A stretch of DNA of 64,000 nt from a virus. Each line of letters opens with the position of its first letter. Position 1 is the first letter of the stretch. Made by a program: the position numbers and the translations under genes. The DNA lies in the IMG/VR virus record IMGVR_UViG_3300028901_000317, positions 10,155 through 74,154 of that record. One strand, written 5' to 3'. Positions 18,346-28,769 of this stretch are shown piece after piece. The notes beneath the pieces are model-generated. The model did no database searches. It saw only the letters and a program-made list of their open reading frames with translations, and had not been told where the DNA came from.

Positions 18346-20736
18346 TCACCGGATCACCCGCGGCTCCACCACCGGCCAGCCGTCGTCGATCGCCGCGCGT
18401 CCCGCGTCCTTCTCCGACACATACTTCAGATCGCTGAATGTCGCATCGCGCATCACGTTCGCGCGGATGAACACGAAGAACTTGGTCTTGGTGGTACCCG
18501 TGCTGCGGTTCTTGAAGAGTTCCCCAAGCAGCGGGATATCACCCAGGAGCGGCACACGCTTGTCGGTGTCCGATTCTCCCGTCAGTTCCAGGCCGCCCAC
18601 CACCACCGTGTGCCCATCTGGAATCGTCGCGGTGCTGCTCACGTTGTTCTGCTGGCGCGGCGGGGGCAACCCATTGGACCCACTCCCGCTGAACGAACTC
18701 AACGTCAGCGAATACTGCAGCACCAGGTGATCACCCTCGGCGATCTGCGGCCGCACCTGGATCGTCGTTCCCGCATCCTGCGTCCCGCCAAACGTCGTCG
18801 TCGTCACCTGGCTGCTCGACGCATTGGTCGTCGCAAACGGCTGTTGCAACACCGATGAGAAGTTCGCTGTCTCGTTGTTGTTCACCAGCACTTTGGGCAA
18901 ACTCAGCGATCGCCCGCTCGTCACCGTCTCCAGCGCTTTGACAATCACACTGAACTCGCCGGGGTTAAGCACCGAAGCGGTCCCGCCCGCGCTGTCGCCC
19001 ACCACACGCGTGTTGCCCGAGGCAGACGACAATCCAAACAGGCTTGCCAACCGCACGTTTGCATTGCCGATCGAGGTCAGCCGCTCAAGCTCTATTCCCA
19101 AGTCCCGGCTCTGTGACTCACTCAGGCTCACCAGGTACGCCTCGAGCATCACCTGCGGTTGCCGCACATCGAGCGACTTGATCAGGTCCTCCAATTGGGT
19201 CAGCCGCCGTGGTTCTGCAATCGCAATGAGCGTGTTCGTGCCCTCATCGGCGGTCAGCGTGAGATCGCTCCGCGTGCCGCTGCCACTTGGACCCGTTGCC
19301 ATGATGTTTTTTCGTCCGCTCTGCGTTGATCCTGCCGATCCGCCACCCGATGAACTCGTGTTCGATGCGCCGGCCATTGTCAGCGGAGATGTTTGTCCAC
19401 CCGGGCCCGCACCGTTGAGCGGCACAGATGCCGAACGCTGGCTCAGAGGTGCGTTGCCAACGTTTGTGCCTTGGGGCGATCCATCGCTCCCCTCGAGCGC
19501 GCCCGCATCAATGAGTTTCGACAATGTCCCCAGCACATCACCCACCGGGCGATTGCGGATTGGGTACGACTTCATCGGCCTCGGCCCGCCGCGCGGCGAG
19601 CTTTCCAGCCGCTCCAGCAACTCCACCACCTGCGCGTGCTGCCCCGGCGTCGCCGTGATGATCAGGCTCCCTGTGAGCTCATCCTGCACCACTTTCCAGC
19701 GATCATCCGCGCCGCTGCCGCTTGCTCCGCCGGTACCCGTGGGTCTCACTGCCTGATCGAGCAGTGCGGCGACATCTCGAACAGAGAACACACGCGGCGA
19801 ATACGTCGTGGTGACCACGCCTTCTCTGCGATCCAGTTGCGCGACCAATGCCTTCCAATAGGCCGCGTGCTCGGGCGGGCACACAAGGATGACGCTCCCA
19901 CCACCCGGTGCGGCGATCAGGTCTCCCGGTGTGCGGCCAGTGCCCGCGTTTCCTGCAACTGCACCCACCGCCGACGCGTCACGCTTGCCACCAATCTGAT
20001 TCGCAAGTGACACGAGCGCCGCGGCGGAGATGTTTTTGAGTGGGATCTCGTCCACCAGACCCGCTTCAGTTGGACGATCCAGCCACGCGAGCAACCGCTT
20101 GGCATCCGCGATGCGTGGCGTCAAATCGGCGATCATGAGCAAGTTTTTACCGAGCGGCGTTGCGGTTGAACCAGTCTTGCTGAGCACCAACTTCACAGCA
20201 TCGGCCGCATCTTTTGGCGCGAGATGCTCTAGCCGCACAACATCGGCGGTGAAGCCTGCTGACGGACCTCCAAGAGCAGCTGCATCCGACCTGCTCGCCT
20301 GAGCATTTTCTTCGAGCGTTATTGGTGTCGTGTTGCCCGTCAGTTGCGCTTGCTCGACGAGTGCGGGCAACCCGCCGAGCCCCGCAAGCGCGGCGGCCTC
20401 TTGCAATCGAACAACCGAATACGTCGCCGCGCCCGGCGGCCGCACCGTCGTAAACCCACGCGAGGCCAGTAACTGATTTGTGAGTTCCCACAGTTGCTCG
20501 CCGCTCATCGCCTCCAACCCGCGCAGCGCGACGGTGCCTTTGAGCACTGCGGGGTCGTACTCCACCTTCACCGCCAGCCGCGCCGCTGCGAGATCGACGA
20601 GGCGGGGGAGCTCGAGTTGCGAAGCAAGTTGGATGTCTGTGGACTTCGGAGGCTCAGCCATCACCCAAACTGGCACGCTGATGCAAAGCACAGCCGAAAC
20701 CGCGGCCCAACGCGATCGCTTGCGGCGATTGAACAT
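18346..20736 (-). CDS. gspD: Secretin (GspD)
   Basis: Signal peptide, repeated N domains (TLIAIAEPRRLTQLEDLIKSLDVRQPQVMLEAYLV), secretin C-terminus GHTVVVGGL...RVPLLGDIPLLGELFK. Confidence 0.92.
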   Translation of the reverse strand: MFNRRKRSRWAAVSAVLCISVPVWVMAEPPKSTDIQLASQLELPRLVDLAAARLAVKVEYDPAVLKGTVALRGLEAMSGEQLWELTNQLLASRGFTTVRPPGAATYSVVRLQEAAALAGLGGLPALVEQAQLTGNTTPITLEENAQASRSDAAALGGPSAGFTADVVRLEHLAPKDAADAVKLVLSKTGSTATPLGKNLLMIADLTPRIADAKRLLAWLDRPTEAGLVDEIPLKNISAAALVSLANQIGGKRDASAVGAVAGNAGTGRTPGDLIAAPGGGSVILVCPPEHAAYWKALVAQLDRREGVVTTTYSPRVFSVRDVAALLDQAVRPTGTGGASGSGADDRWKVVQDELTGSLIITATPGQHAQVVELLERLESSPRGGPRPMKSYPIRNRPVGDVLGTLSKLIDAGALEGSDGSPQGTNVGNAPLSQRSASVPLNGAGPGGQTSPLTMAGASNTSSSGGGSAGSTQSGRKNIMATGPSGSGTRSDLTLTADEGTNTLIAIAEPRRLTQLEDLIKSLDVRQPQVMLEAYLVSLSESQSRDLGIELERLTSIGNANVRLASLFGLSSASGNTRVVGDSAGGTASVLNPGEFSVIVKALETVTSGRSLSLPKVLVNNNETANFSSVLQQPFATTNASSSQVTTTTFGGTQDAGTTIQVRPQIAEGDHLVLQYSLTLSSFSGSGSNGLPPPRQQNNVSSTATIPDGHTVVVGGLELTGESDTDKRVPLLGDIPLLGELFKNRSTGTTKTKFFVFIRANVMRDATFSDLKYVSEKDAGRAAIDDGWPVVEPRVIR

Positions 20737-21031
20737 GCGTCAAGACTATCGAACCGTTCCGCATTCGTCCAGCCGCTCGACGAGCGAAGACAGGGCCCGA
20801 CCGATCGCGTCGAATTCTCCGAGCTTCCAGCTGAAACATGCTACCAGACCGGCAACGATGATTTGTGTTAAGTTTGCGTCAATCGACCAAGTTATGCAGA
20901 GCAATCGTTTGACAGCCGAAGCGATTGTGGAAAAGTTGAGCAGTGTTGCTTTTCACTGCAACCATGAGTTTGACGAGGCTGTACGGATGTGATACACCAA
21001 GTGTCGAATCGGTTGCACGAAAGGAAACCCG

Positions 21032-24000
21032 ATGCACTTCAGTCGTCAAGCAAGTCGCGCGTTCTCCACATCACTCACGCTGTTGCTCATGGGAACGCCA
21101 GCACTTGGTCAGCAGGACTGGGCAACTGCTCCTGGCGGAATCGCAAAGGCACCCGAATCCAATGAACCCTCTCGAGGTGGCTGCGCGAAGGGTGACCTTG
21201 CTGCGATTATGCGACGGATCAACGATCTCGCCCAGGCGCATGGGGGGCAACCGCAGGATTCGGGCTCGCGATCGCCTGACAGGGACGAAAAGTGTAAGGA
21301 TGACAAGGACGGCGATGGCGGGGGTGGCGGCAAAGACGGCGATGATGAGGCTGGCGAAGGAAAACAAAATGCTGGTGGGGGAACGCCCGCTCCTTGGAAT
21401 CCCGCGGATGGCTTCTGGGGAGACATGATTGATGATCCGGCATTCCTCGAAGCACTTTTGGACGAGTTGTTTCGACGAATGCGCGACTTACTGCTTGATC
21501 CGCGGGATACTGGCTGTCCACGATATACCGTCACTGATCCTCAGGCATACTACAACTCGATACGCAAGGGCCTAGGCGACCAAGCGTTTCCCCCAGGAAC
21601 CCACTGGGATGGCTTGGTGCCGGATGAAGACCCTCCAGTGCAGAAAGAGCAGGACCCGTGCGAACGGATTGGCATTTTGAATCAAATGTGCGACACTGTC
21701 GCGAGCGACGACTCGTGGCCGTATGTTCATCCCGAAACCCCGCCGCCTTCGCTGGTCGGACCCGCTGCGCAGCCCTACGACTCGTCCCCAATTGCCTATC
21801 GGAAAGTCAGAAAAGGCATTCCCTCTCGACCAGACACCGTCGTTGATAAGTATCGATCGTGTTCACAGTGTCCACCCGGTGATGTGGTTGTAGATTTGAA
21901 CGGCCTACAAGTGCTTTTGCCGCTTGGGAGTGACAGCCGGGGCGACCTGGGTTACATCCTCATGCGCTCTGATACCTTGCTAGGTGGCGACGAGGACGTC
22001 GTCTATGGTGGCATTATCGAGTCGCTCTCCGCATCAAGTGGCGGAGGCCACGAAGTGACGCTTGGGCCAGGTGCTGCAGAAGTCGCGACTCGCAACATTA
22101 TTCAACTTGAGCTTGATCGCTCTATTTCTGCCGTTGACAAAGAGGCGATTTACGAGCCGATCGTGTCCGGGCAAAATGTCCAGCGCCCCATTCGGCAGCT
22201 ACGTGTTAAAGATCTGTATGTGGACTTTAAATCTGGTGGCTGGTCAGATCCTTGGAAATTCGCGATCCGTTTCTACAAGCTTCCAGTCCAGCCTCCAATG
22301 GCAGCGTCCCCAAACGAGTACTTGTACAACTTTGTGAACGAGTATGGTGCTCCCTTGGTACCGTACAAGGAGCTCCATTTCTATTTCAGCATGACTTGGA
22401 TGCAGCCGTCAAACGCAAACTCGCACGACGACGAGATGGTTCCAGCACCTCCGGCAACTGTGGACCCTTGGGGTATCTTCCGCGTTACTGGTAGTTTTAT
22501 TTGCGACGAGGTCGTCGGGGGCCAGCTGCGGCATCGCAACGAGTTTCGGCAGAGCCTTAACATCCAGCAGGTCAACCCTGCTCCTTCGAACCTTCCGCCT
22601 GCTCAAAGGTTTCAGTCGCTTGGTACTGAGACATGGAGCCTGATTGAAGGGAACAAGGGTTCACCAACTTATCGCAAAACGAGCTTGTATTACGGTAGTG
22701 AGTTCGAGTCCATCGGCGGCGGCCAAAGTCGGCTCCTTACGAGCGAGCGTAAGCTAATTTGGGGCAACGACGCTCAGCCTATATCAGACGAAGTGACTTA
22801 TTTTCGTTGGTTCCCGGAATGGCCGGCGACCTCCCCCTGGAGTAATGGTTGGCTCGCCGCTTCTCAAGTGTCGTCATACCCGTATGCTGGGCCGCGCCAC
22901 TGGAGCGACGAGTTGCTCTTGCGCGTTAAGGAGCCAGCGAGACACGTTACTGATCCCGATGGTGCAAATCTCGTCACGACATGGGACTATGACGGGGACC
23001 CCGGCCTGGAAAATGAATCGTCTTCGCATCACATTACTGGGCAGACAGCCCCATCCGGACATTGGGAACGCTACATCTATGACTCTCACGGTTGGCTGAT
23101 CAAAAAGGTATCTCAGTACCTTGACCATACTGAGGCACAAGGCGAGAGCCAAAACCGCGTCGAGCGGTTTGGCCGCTCCAACAGCGTCGCGCTTTTCTCA
23201 GTGGGTAGCGGATCTGATACGACGCCTGAACAAATCACATGGCGCACCGAAGAAGTCATGGGCTCCGAAGTTGCCCGATCATTCACGATCAACTGGGCCA
23301 ATACCGTCCAGCTCGACGGGAATGGTGACCCAATCCCGACGCCTGATGACGTCACGGAGATTCGCTGCGCGCCCGACGCAACAGGTCGATTCGCGCTGCC
23401 GAACGACACGGCGCTAAAAACATGGCTTGAGTCCGTTCTCACCGATCCATTTGCGACACCGCACCTAGTGAGTCACGAGCGACGCTTCAGCCGTGACGAA
23501 GTCCAGCAGCCCTGGCTGCGCGGCCGGTTGGATGTCCGACTCGAATCGAACGGGACCGTGACGAGATACTTCCACCGCAGCTATCCACTGCCCTCCGGCA
23601 GCACAGCACCAACGCTCGCGGACTACGGTGTCTTCCAGCCGCCAAGCGGTCAGCCACTGAGTCAAGTTCAAGCGCAGGTCATCCGTATGGTCAAAGGCCC
23701 CGCGGCTTTGACGGGTTGCTTCCCGCTCAAGCCGGGCGCGAACTTGATGCCGCGCGATGGCATAATTACGGTGAAGGTCGAAGGCCCGAGCGGGCAGGTC
23801 CTCTTGCGCGAAACACGTGACCTTCAGGGTGCGCTTGGCGCTGGCAATAGCCGCCTGGATGTCCAGCACAATGCATCGGGCCCTGCGTCGTGGCCGGACA
23901 CGCTTGTCACTTCGCGCACAGTCGCGACGAACTGGACGACGGATGCGTTCGGCAGGCCGACCGAGTTCACCGCTCTTGATGGAAGCCTTGACACACGCAC

Positions 24001-27000
24001 GTTCAGTGATTGCTGCGGGAGTGGCACGGATACCGACGCAACGGGTCTCACAACGCTTACCACCAAAGACCAGCTTGGGCGAGTGACGATGGTGACCAGC
24101 GCGCTGGGCACACCGGCACAGCAGTCGACGATTTACGAGTACGATGCACTGGATCGGACGATCAAAGCGATACGAGTTGGCGCTGACGATTCAACGATGC
24201 TCCAGTCGGAAACCGGCTACGACGTCGCAGGCCGTGAAGCTTGGACCAAGGACCAGCTTGGCGACACCACCAGTTTCGCGTACACGCTCGCCGCAGGCTC
24301 GATTACGAACACCACGACAATGCCCGACCCCGACGGCACGGGTCCACTCGCCGCCCCTGTGAGTATCGACGTCGCGTATCCCGACGGTCACGCGAAAGAG
24401 ACTTCCGGCACGGCGGTCCATGCGACGCGCATGGAGTACGGCGTGGAAACCGATGCTGCGCTCGCAGGCGGCACGCCGGTATTGTTCACCAGGTCGATCC
24501 GGCTTGGTGACGGTTCTCCCGCCAACACGGATGCGTGGTCCAAAACTTACACCGACTCGCTGGGTCGGGGCTATCGTTCCACCTCGCCCGCCGCAGACGG
24601 CACCACCACGATCCTTGAATCGCGCAGCACTTTTGGCACCCGCGGCCGGTTGCTCGCGTCCATTGACGCGTCTGGTGTCAAAACGCTCCGCCTCGAAGGC
24701 CATGGCCCCGAAGAGGCACCGGCCAGCTCCGGTACCACCGACTGGGCAGGTGACTGGACGATTCAGGCTCTCGATGTGAACGGCAATGGCGTCATCGACT
24801 TCGGCGTCACCGCTACCGATCGCATCAGCCGCTCGCGTTCTTTTACGACCCAACGCACCGACGGCAGCGTGGTGTCCACGGTGCAACGCTCCGTGTCCGA
24901 TGTCTGGGATTCCAGCGGCACGCCGTACGTCATCACCACATCGACCAGCGATTCCAGCGTTGACGGGCGGAAGTCATGGTCCGCCAGCTTCGGCGTGCTG
25001 ACCAATTCGCGGTCAAGCGATGATGCGCCAACATCCACCAGCACGCAGGTTTCCGTCAGCCCGGACGGCAACGAATCCGTCAGCATCAGTCAGTATGGAC
25101 GCCCGATTTCCGCAGCGAACTACATCGGCACCGTCGCCAGCGGCACGCTGCAGGCAATGGTGACATACACCTACGACGCCCACGGTCGTCAGATCAAAGT
25201 CACCGACACGCGTGGCACACCCACCGACACTTCCGATGATCGCGAAACCATCGCCACCTACGACAACGCCGATCGCGTGCTCACCGTGACCAGCCCGCCC
25301 GCCGAGGTGGGTCAGCCATCGACTGTCGTCACGAATACTTACGATGCCCTTGGACGCGTGACGCGCACAGAGTCTCAGACTGGCGGCGTCGAGACGAATA
25401 TCACGACCAACACCGAGTACTACCCCACCGGTGAAGCCAGCAAGATCTGGGGTGGCGAGTCCTACCCGGTCGAATACACCTATGACGCTGTGGGCCGGAT
25501 GAAGACGCTCAAGACCCGCCAGAAGTCACGCGACCTGGACAACACCATTTCTCAGGTTGTCTCTGACTCCACCGCCGCTGTCACAACCTGGAACTATGAC
25601 TCCAAGTCCGGTCTATTGCTCCAGAAGCTCTACCCGCACGCGACCACCGCCGGTGCGACGGGAGTCGGGCCGAGCTACACCTACTTTGCGGATGGCAAGC
25701 TCAAACGCCGCACGTGGGCGCGTGGTGCCTACGCAGATTACATCTACAGCGCCAACACAGGCGAACTTCTTTCCGTTACCTACAGCGATGGCACGCCAAC
25801 CGTCACGTACGAGTACGACCGTCGCGGCCGCGTGAAGTCACTCATCGACGGGGCGGGCACGCGCTCGTTCGAGTATGACGTGTCCGATCAACCCAAGGTG
25901 GAGCAATACACCGCGGGCATCCTCAACGGGCTCAAGACGACGATCAGTTACGACGCACAACTTCGCCGTTCGATTTACCAGCTCACTATGGGCACTGGGG
26001 CCAACAACACGCGCGCCTACAACGTGCTCGGGTACGACGCACTTTCACGTTTGAGTACTGTCACGCGAGGCAGCTTCGTCACCACATACACCTACAAGCC
26101 GCACTCAAGCCTCCTGTCCGGCCTGCAACACACCGCCGGGGCGATCACGACAGGCTCGGCAGCCTACACCCACGACAATCTCGATCGCGTCAAATCCCTG
26201 ACGTGGACCATGAACCCGGGCGGCACCCCGACCACCGATGCCTTCGCCTATCGCTACGACGCCAAGGGGCACCGCGATCGCGCGACCGACCCCGATGGGA
26301 GTTACTGGAAGTTCCAGTACGACACGCTCGGCCAGGTCACCAGCGGTCGCCGCTACATGCCCGCAGGCGTCGCCCAATCCGAGGATGACGATCTGGACGT
26401 GCCGGGCTATCGCTTCGGCTACAGCTTCGATCACATCGGCAACCGCACAGCCACGACGGCGACGGACGGCGTGCCCAGCTTCAGCACGCTGCCGCGCCTG
26501 GCGACATATTCGGCGAACCTGCTCAACCAGTACACCGAGCGGACGGTGCCGCGCGTGCTGGATATCGCGGGGTACGCCCCCGGCACGTTGACGGTGGACA
26601 GCCAGGCGGTGTGGCGGAGCGGCTTGGCCGCGCCGTACGACCAGTACTACTGGTTCCCCAAGGAGTGGCCGAGCGTGAACTCCGCTTTCGCGGCGGGCGT
26701 TACGGTGTCGCATCTGGCCCAGCCGTTGAATGTGTTCCTGCCGGCCACGCCCGAGCAGTTCACGTATGACGCGGATGGCAATCTCACCCAGGACGGACGT
26801 TGGAACTATTCCTGGGACGGGGAGAATAGACTGGTGGCAATGGAGGTCCGCGACGAGCTCAAGCCGCTCTTTGCTCAGCCGTTGCGGCTGCAGTTCAGTT
26901 ATGACAGCCAGCACCGCCGCGTCCGCAAAGTGGTGCTGGTGCCCAACCCGCCGAGTGGCGGCGGCGGCACTGGAAATGCGAATTCTGGTGGGGGTGGTGG

Positions 27001-28237
27001 CGGGAACATCGAGGAAAATCCTGAGGTGCTCACGCCATCGGGAATGACAGGCATCGATGAAGGTGCCACAGAGATCGAGCCCGGCACGACACTGGCCTCA
27101 ACAATCAACGTCGGTTGGACCGTGATCACCGACATCCGCTTTGCGTGGGATGGGTGGCTGCTCTCGGCCGAGTTGAACAATTCGGGCGGCCTGATCCGCG
27201 GCTACTGCTGGGGCATCGACCTGTCGGGCTCGCGCGGCGGCGCGGCCGGCATCGGTGGCCTGCTCTACACCCAAGACGGCGGCAATGCGCTCACAAACTC
27301 CAACATCCGTTACGTCACCAGCGATAGCCGCGGTGACGTGCGGGCTGTGTACAACAGCTCCGGTACGCTCCAGGCCCGCTTTGAGTATGGTCCGTTTGGT
27401 GAGCCCACGGCCGTCGCGGGCTCGGCAAGCTCCAGTTTCCCCATCCGCTTCAGCAGCAAGTACGCCGATCAGGAGACGGGGTTGAGTTACTTTGGACGGC
27501 GATACGTTTCAGCAAGTGTCGGTCGGTGGCTAAATCGAGACCCGGTCGAAGAAGCTGGATCGGTTGGACTCTCAACGTTTGTAAACAATAATTCACTAAA
27601 TGCGATTGACCCGACTGGAATGTGGGGGACACCTGTTCACCACGCGATGGTAGACGACTGGCTCGACCCGTACTTGCCGTCAACTGACTATTCTCAACAT
27701 CCTTGGGGGTGCGACAAAGTCGATGTCAAACAAATTCTAAAGGATAATAGCGACCTGGTGGACGGCGAAAATCAACCATCCGGCCCCATAGCATTTCTTG
27801 GGGCACAAGGTACGGCAACTGCATACGAGCATGCAATGTCCGCCGGCAGCGAGCCCAAATCGGCAGCCCAGGCAAAATATAATTCGTTTGTAAACACGCA
27901 TGTTGCAGCTGCTTATAACAAAGGTCGTAACGCGAGAAAATTGCTTCAAAATAAAAAATCTGCGGAGTCATTGAGCGAGATAAAGTCTGCAGTGGCGGAG
28001 TTGGGACAAGTGTTTCACGCGTTTACCGACAAAATGTCACCATCCCATTCCGGCTTTCAGCCCTGGTACGGGCCTTACGATGGCCCCATGGCGATGGGCG
28101 CGTTTGCTTACGGTGTGTATACCTATAACCACTTTATTGGGGAAACACTCGCAGTTTACTCAGCTTCTGCTGCAAGCCATGTTGCGGATCTAAATCAAGT
28201 TATGTTCCCCAAACTGAAGACGCTTCTACGAAAGTAA
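21032..28237 (+). CDS. RHS/YD-repeat polymorphic toxin with Sec signal peptide and Zn-hydrolase-like C-terminal tip
   Basis: N-terminal LTLLLMGTPALG|QQ; many YxYD repeats; core RFEYGPFG...DQETGLSYFGRRY...GRWLNRDP...DPTG; lower-GC tip after about 27600. Confidence 0.93.
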   Translation: MHFSRQASRAFSTSLTLLLMGTPALGQQDWATAPGGIAKAPESNEPSRGGCAKGDLAAIMRRINDLAQAHGGQPQDSGSRSPDRDEKCKDDKDGDGGGGGKDGDDEAGEGKQNAGGGTPAPWNPADGFWGDMIDDPAFLEALLDELFRRMRDLLLDPRDTGCPRYTVTDPQAYYNSIRKGLGDQAFPPGTHWDGLVPDEDPPVQKEQDPCERIGILNQMCDTVASDDSWPYVHPETPPPSLVGPAAQPYDSSPIAYRKVRKGIPSRPDTVVDKYRSCSQCPPGDVVVDLNGLQVLLPLGSDSRGDLGYILMRSDTLLGGDEDVVYGGIIESLSASSGGGHEVTLGPGAAEVATRNIIQLELDRSISAVDKEAIYEPIVSGQNVQRPIRQLRVKDLYVDFKSGGWSDPWKFAIRFYKLPVQPPMAASPNEYLYNFVNEYGAPLVPYKELHFYFSMTWMQPSNANSHDDEMVPAPPATVDPWGIFRVTGSFICDEVVGGQLRHRNEFRQSLNIQQVNPAPSNLPPAQRFQSLGTETWSLIEGNKGSPTYRKTSLYYGSEFESIGGGQSRLLTSERKLIWGNDAQPISDEVTYFRWFPEWPATSPWSNGWLAASQVSSYPYAGPRHWSDELLLRVKEPARHVTDPDGANLVTTWDYDGDPGLENESSSHHITGQTAPSGHWERYIYDSHGWLIKKVSQYLDHTEAQGESQNRVERFGRSNSVALFSVGSGSDTTPEQITWRTEEVMGSEVARSFTINWANTVQLDGNGDPIPTPDDVTEIRCAPDATGRFALPNDTALKTWLESVLTDPFATPHLVSHERRFSRDEVQQPWLRGRLDVRLESNGTVTRYFHRSYPLPSGSTAPTLADYGVFQPPSGQPLSQVQAQVIRMVKGPAALTGCFPLKPGANLMPRDGIITVKVEGPSGQVLLRETRDLQGALGAGNSRLDVQHNASGPASWPDTLVTSRTVATNWTTDAFGRPTEFTALDGSLDTRTFSDCCGSGTDTDATGLTTLTTKDQLGRVTMVTSALGTPAQQSTIYEYDALDRTIKAIRVGADDSTMLQSETGYDVAGREAWTKDQLGDTTSFAYTLAAGSITNTTTMPDPDGTGPLAAPVSIDVAYPDGHAKETSGTAVHATRMEYGVETDAALAGGTPVLFTRSIRLGDGSPANTDAWSKTYTDSLGRGYRSTSPAADGTTTILESRSTFGTRGRLLASIDASGVKTLRLEGHGPEEAPASSGTTDWAGDWTIQALDVNGNGVIDFGVTATDRISRSRSFTTQRTDGSVVSTVQRSVSDVWDSSGTPYVITTSTSDSSVDGRKSWSASFGVLTNSRSSDDAPTSTSTQVSVSPDGNESVSISQYGRPISAANYIGTVASGTLQAMVTYTYDAHGRQIKVTDTRGTPTDTSDDRETIATYDNADRVLTVTSPPAEVGQPSTVVTNTYDALGRVTRTESQTGGVETNITTNTEYYPTGEASKIWGGESYPVEYTYDAVGRMKTLKTRQKSRDLDNTISQVVSDSTAAVTTWNYDSKSGLLLQKLYPHATTAGATGVGPSYTYFADGKLKRRTWARGAYADYIYSANTGELLSVTYSDGTPTVTYEYDRRGRVKSLIDGAGTRSFEYDVSDQPKVEQYTAGILNGLKTTISYDAQLRRSIYQLTMGTGANNTRAYNVLGYDALSRLSTVTRGSFVTTYTYKPHSSLLSGLQHTAGAITTGSAAYTHDNLDRVKSLTWTMNPGGTPTTDAFAYRYDAKGHRDRATDPDGSYWKFQYDTLGQVTSGRRYMPAGVAQSEDDDLDVPGYRFGYSFDHIGNRTATTATDGVPSFSTLPRLATYSANLLNQYTERTVPRVLDIAGYAPGTLTVDSQAVWRSGLAAPYDQYYWFPKEWPSVNSAFAAGVTVSHLAQPLNVFLPATPEQFTYDADGNLTQDGRWNYSWDGENRLVAMEVRDELKPLFAQPLRLQFSYDSQHRRVRKVVLVPNPPSGGGGTGNANSGGGGGGNIEENPEVLTPSGMTGIDEGATEIEPGTTLASTINVGWTVITDIRFAWDGWLLSAELNNSGGLIRGYCWGIDLSGSRGGAAGIGGLLYTQDGGNALTNSNIRYVTSDSRGDVRAVYNSSGTLQARFEYGPFGEPTAVAGSASSSFPIRFSSKYADQETGLSYFGRRYVSASVGRWLNRDPVEEAGSVGLSTFVNNNSLNAIDPTGMWGTPVHHAMVDDWLDPYLPSTDYSQHPWGCDKVDVKQILKDNSDLVDGENQPSGPIAFLGAQGTATAYEHAMSAGSEPKSAAQAKYNSFVNTHVAAAYNKGRNARKLLQNKKSAESLSEIKSAVAELGQVFHAFTDKMSPSHSGFQPWYGPYDGPMAMGAFAYGVYTYNHFIGETLAVYSASAASHVADLNQVMFPKLKTLLRK

Positions 28238-28241
28238 GCCA

Positions 28242-28769
28242 GTGACAAACAAAACACTTGGTCATAGATTGGCGACATTAGCAATTACTGTCGCTGCGTT
28301 GATTCTCAGTCTTTGGACATTCATTCATTGCCGCTGGGAGATTGGCTCGATCCCTGTCCACTCTTCCACAGGTGTCGTTCGAATTGAAGAACAACACAGC
28401 TGGCTTCAACGGTTTGGGATCCACAGCGCTCCCCTTCGCAGCCTAGTAATCGGCCAGGAACGATATCCAGGATTAAAAGGGGAGCCTCCCTGTAACTTTT
28501 CAACTAACATGTATGATTTGTATGTCACAGAAAATTCAGGAGTTTCAAAAGTAATTGTTGTAGATAAACTATCTCCAAGGACACTTGTTTGCAATGGCCC
28601 TAGCACAAGTTTTGGGGCGACGTTTGGTTTACGTGGTGCGTCTAGCGGATACACTGGGACGTTGGTAAGCGAGTCTCATGATAAGATTGTCATCCGACGA
28701 ACTGTCGGAAGTGTCAATTCAGTTGTGGTAATTGATCTCGCTAACGGTTCATTTGTAGAGCAGTATTAG
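28242..28769 (+). CDS. Putative RHS immunity protein with N-terminal membrane anchor or signal
   Basis: Starts 4 nt after the RHS stop, shares the low GC of the tip, hydrophobic LATLAITVAALILSLWTFI. Confidence 0.65.
   Translation: MTNKTLGHRLATLAITVAALILSLWTFIHCRWEIGSIPVHSSTGVVRIEEQHSWLQRFGIHSAPLRSLVIGQERYPGLKGEPPCNFSTNMYDLYVTENSGVSKVIVVDKLSPRTLVCNGPSTSFGATFGLRGASSGYTGTLVSESHDKIVIRRTVGSVNSVVVIDLANGSFVEQY

Noticed and set aside
18346-20736. Secretin as part of a filamentous phage (pIV)
   Set aside because: The partner ATPase is GspE/PilB type, not Zot/pI, and there are no inovirus coat or Rep genes.
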